A DNA stretch of 64,000 bases, taken from contig NC_090327.1 in assembly GCF_035084215.1 (NCBI RefSeq), forward strand, positions 31,496,001 to 31,560,000, given 5' to 3'. Every line of letters starts with the position of its first letter. Position 1 is the stretch's first letter. Origin of the DNA: Heptranchias perlo (lineage: Eukaryota). Below, in pieces: positions 62,634 to 64,000 of the stretch. The notes under the pieces are model-generated. The model worked only from the letters and a program-made list of their open reading frames with translations, searched no databases and was not told where the DNA came from. Position numbers and translations under genes: made by a program.

Positions 62634-64000
62634 GGGTGGTAATTTTAACCCCCAGTGGGTGGGAGGTTAAAGTAGAAGCTTTTTGGAGCGGGAGCGCATC
62701 CTGGCTCCAATGCGCCCACTTCCATGGTTAACCCAGGCGCATTAGGATGTACGCGCACAACAGAAACACAGAAGTCCTGTCCCCAGTTAAAGCTTGCAGG
62801 CTGATATTTAAAGGCCCAATTCAGGTAGATGAAGCACTTTTGGTACTTAACTTTTTGTGGATTCTGCAACAGAAATGATTTAACTTCACCTGAATGTGTT
62901 TCCCATGGCTTCTGCAACATGCCATTGAAATGGAGGCGAGTTGCAGCCAAAGCTTATTTGGTCCTTTAAACCAGTGATTTGCACATCTCAATAAAAGGTG
63001 AGGTATTGGAGCTGGGCACTCAGTTCTCAGACAAACATTTGGCTCGGAGTTCTGTGTTTAGATTGAGATTTCTTTGCTGCCTGTAATGCCAAGGATGCCC
63101 TCATATCTAACAGGTTCTCATAAGATGTGCAAATTGAAGACTCTGAAATACTCTGGCCGCCTGGAACAACCACTGCCAACCCAACACCAACCCCCCCATT
63201 CCTTTGCACAAAACAATCCTTCAACCACGCATACACCCAGTGCATACACACCCAGTGGGTGGCATCATGTCTTGGCATTCATGATGAAGCACATGAAAGG
63301 GAGAATTCACAAAGGGACTCAATAATGGCCAAGACGTGGCAGTGGCGGCGATAATGATTAAACGTAACGTGCCATAACAGAAAAAACATAAATTAACACA
63401 ACGGCTCAAACACCCTTTTGCATATCCTTGGTGAATTACAATTGCTTAGCCTTTCTCTTTCTACTGCTTCTGCGTGGTACATCCCCTGTAGCTTCAGCAG
63501 AGAAATCGGCAGATTGCTCAGATCCCGGCTCACGACCTACGACCTCTGGGTTTTGGAGCCGTGAGGGCCCCGCTAAAGACTGCTCCACCTGCACTTGTCC
63601 AGGGGCAGACTTTGCCATCAGGAGAGGAGGCAGCATTGCAGGTACTGGTTGAGGAGGGGGCAATGGGTGAGAACTTTGAATGGAATCCCCACTTCCATGT
63701 CCCCTTTCATCATGATGTGGAGATGCCGGTGATGGACTGGGGTTGACAATTGTAAACAATTTTACAACACCAAGTTATAGTCCAGCAATTTTATTTTAAA
63801 TTCACAAGCTTTCGGAGGCTTCCTCCTTCGTCATCATTCCTCTCCTGAGCCAACAAAACGTAACTTCTGCCACTCTGGTGACCAGCAAGTTGGTGAGCAG
63901 ATGTGCCACGTTGGAAGGCCACGGCTAACATATCTGACGGCCTGTTTAAGGCGGCAGACACATTGGCATCCAGAGTCCACACGGCTGTTGTCATGGCCTG
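62634..64000. mobile_element. Probable decayed DNA transposon (Harbinger-like) running off the window edge
   Basis: Begins GGGTGGTAATTTTAACC, similar to the 37733 terminus; GC-richer interior with low-complexity ORF remnants. Confidence 0.35.
63751..63833 (-). mobile_element. Second copy of the Penelope-like hammerhead remnant
   Basis: The reverse complement reads TGACGAAGGAGGAAGCCTCCGAAAGCTTGTGAATTTAAAATAAAATTGCTGGACTATAACTTGGTGTTGTAAAATTGTTTACA, matching 2903-2985. Confidence 0.7.

Noticed and set aside
1-64000. CRISPR arrays, operons or prokaryotic defence systems
   Set aside because: The sequence is clearly eukaryotic (spliceosomal introns, LINEs and SINEs), and no regularly spaced repeat array was seen

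Overview
Vertebrate genomic DNA, most likely a cartilaginous fish (inferred from the dense CR1-LINE, DeuSINE-type and Penelope-type repeat content). Two protein-coding genes lie in tandem on the minus strand. (1) An intact type IB DNA topoisomerase. Its 13 core exons (44105 down to the stop at 14531) all have GT-AG ends, an open frame, the exon sizes I recall for TOP1/TOP1MT, and residues diagnostic of the TOP1MT paralogue. (2) About 13 kb downstream, the first coding exon of a phospholipase C-gamma-1-like gene (1380-1161). Main finding: the topoisomerase core has two alternative, phase-compatible 5' inputs. One is a 131-nt ATG exon at 50969-50839 encoding a mitochondrial-presequence-like peptide, giving a 14-exon, 604-aa TOP1MT-type protein. 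The other is a retained Lys/Glu-rich exon at 59554-59385 ending in KWKW, like exon 8 of nuclear TOP1. The gene is therefore a candidate dual nuclear/mitochondrial topoisomerase resembling an intermediate in the origin of TOP1MT, and its neighbour may be a third PLC-gamma ohnologue. The remainder is mostly decayed, often nested retroelements, plus three local templated duplications and hammerhead-like Penelope remnants. Comparisons with human proteins and gene order are from memory, not from a search, and repeat boundaries are approximate.
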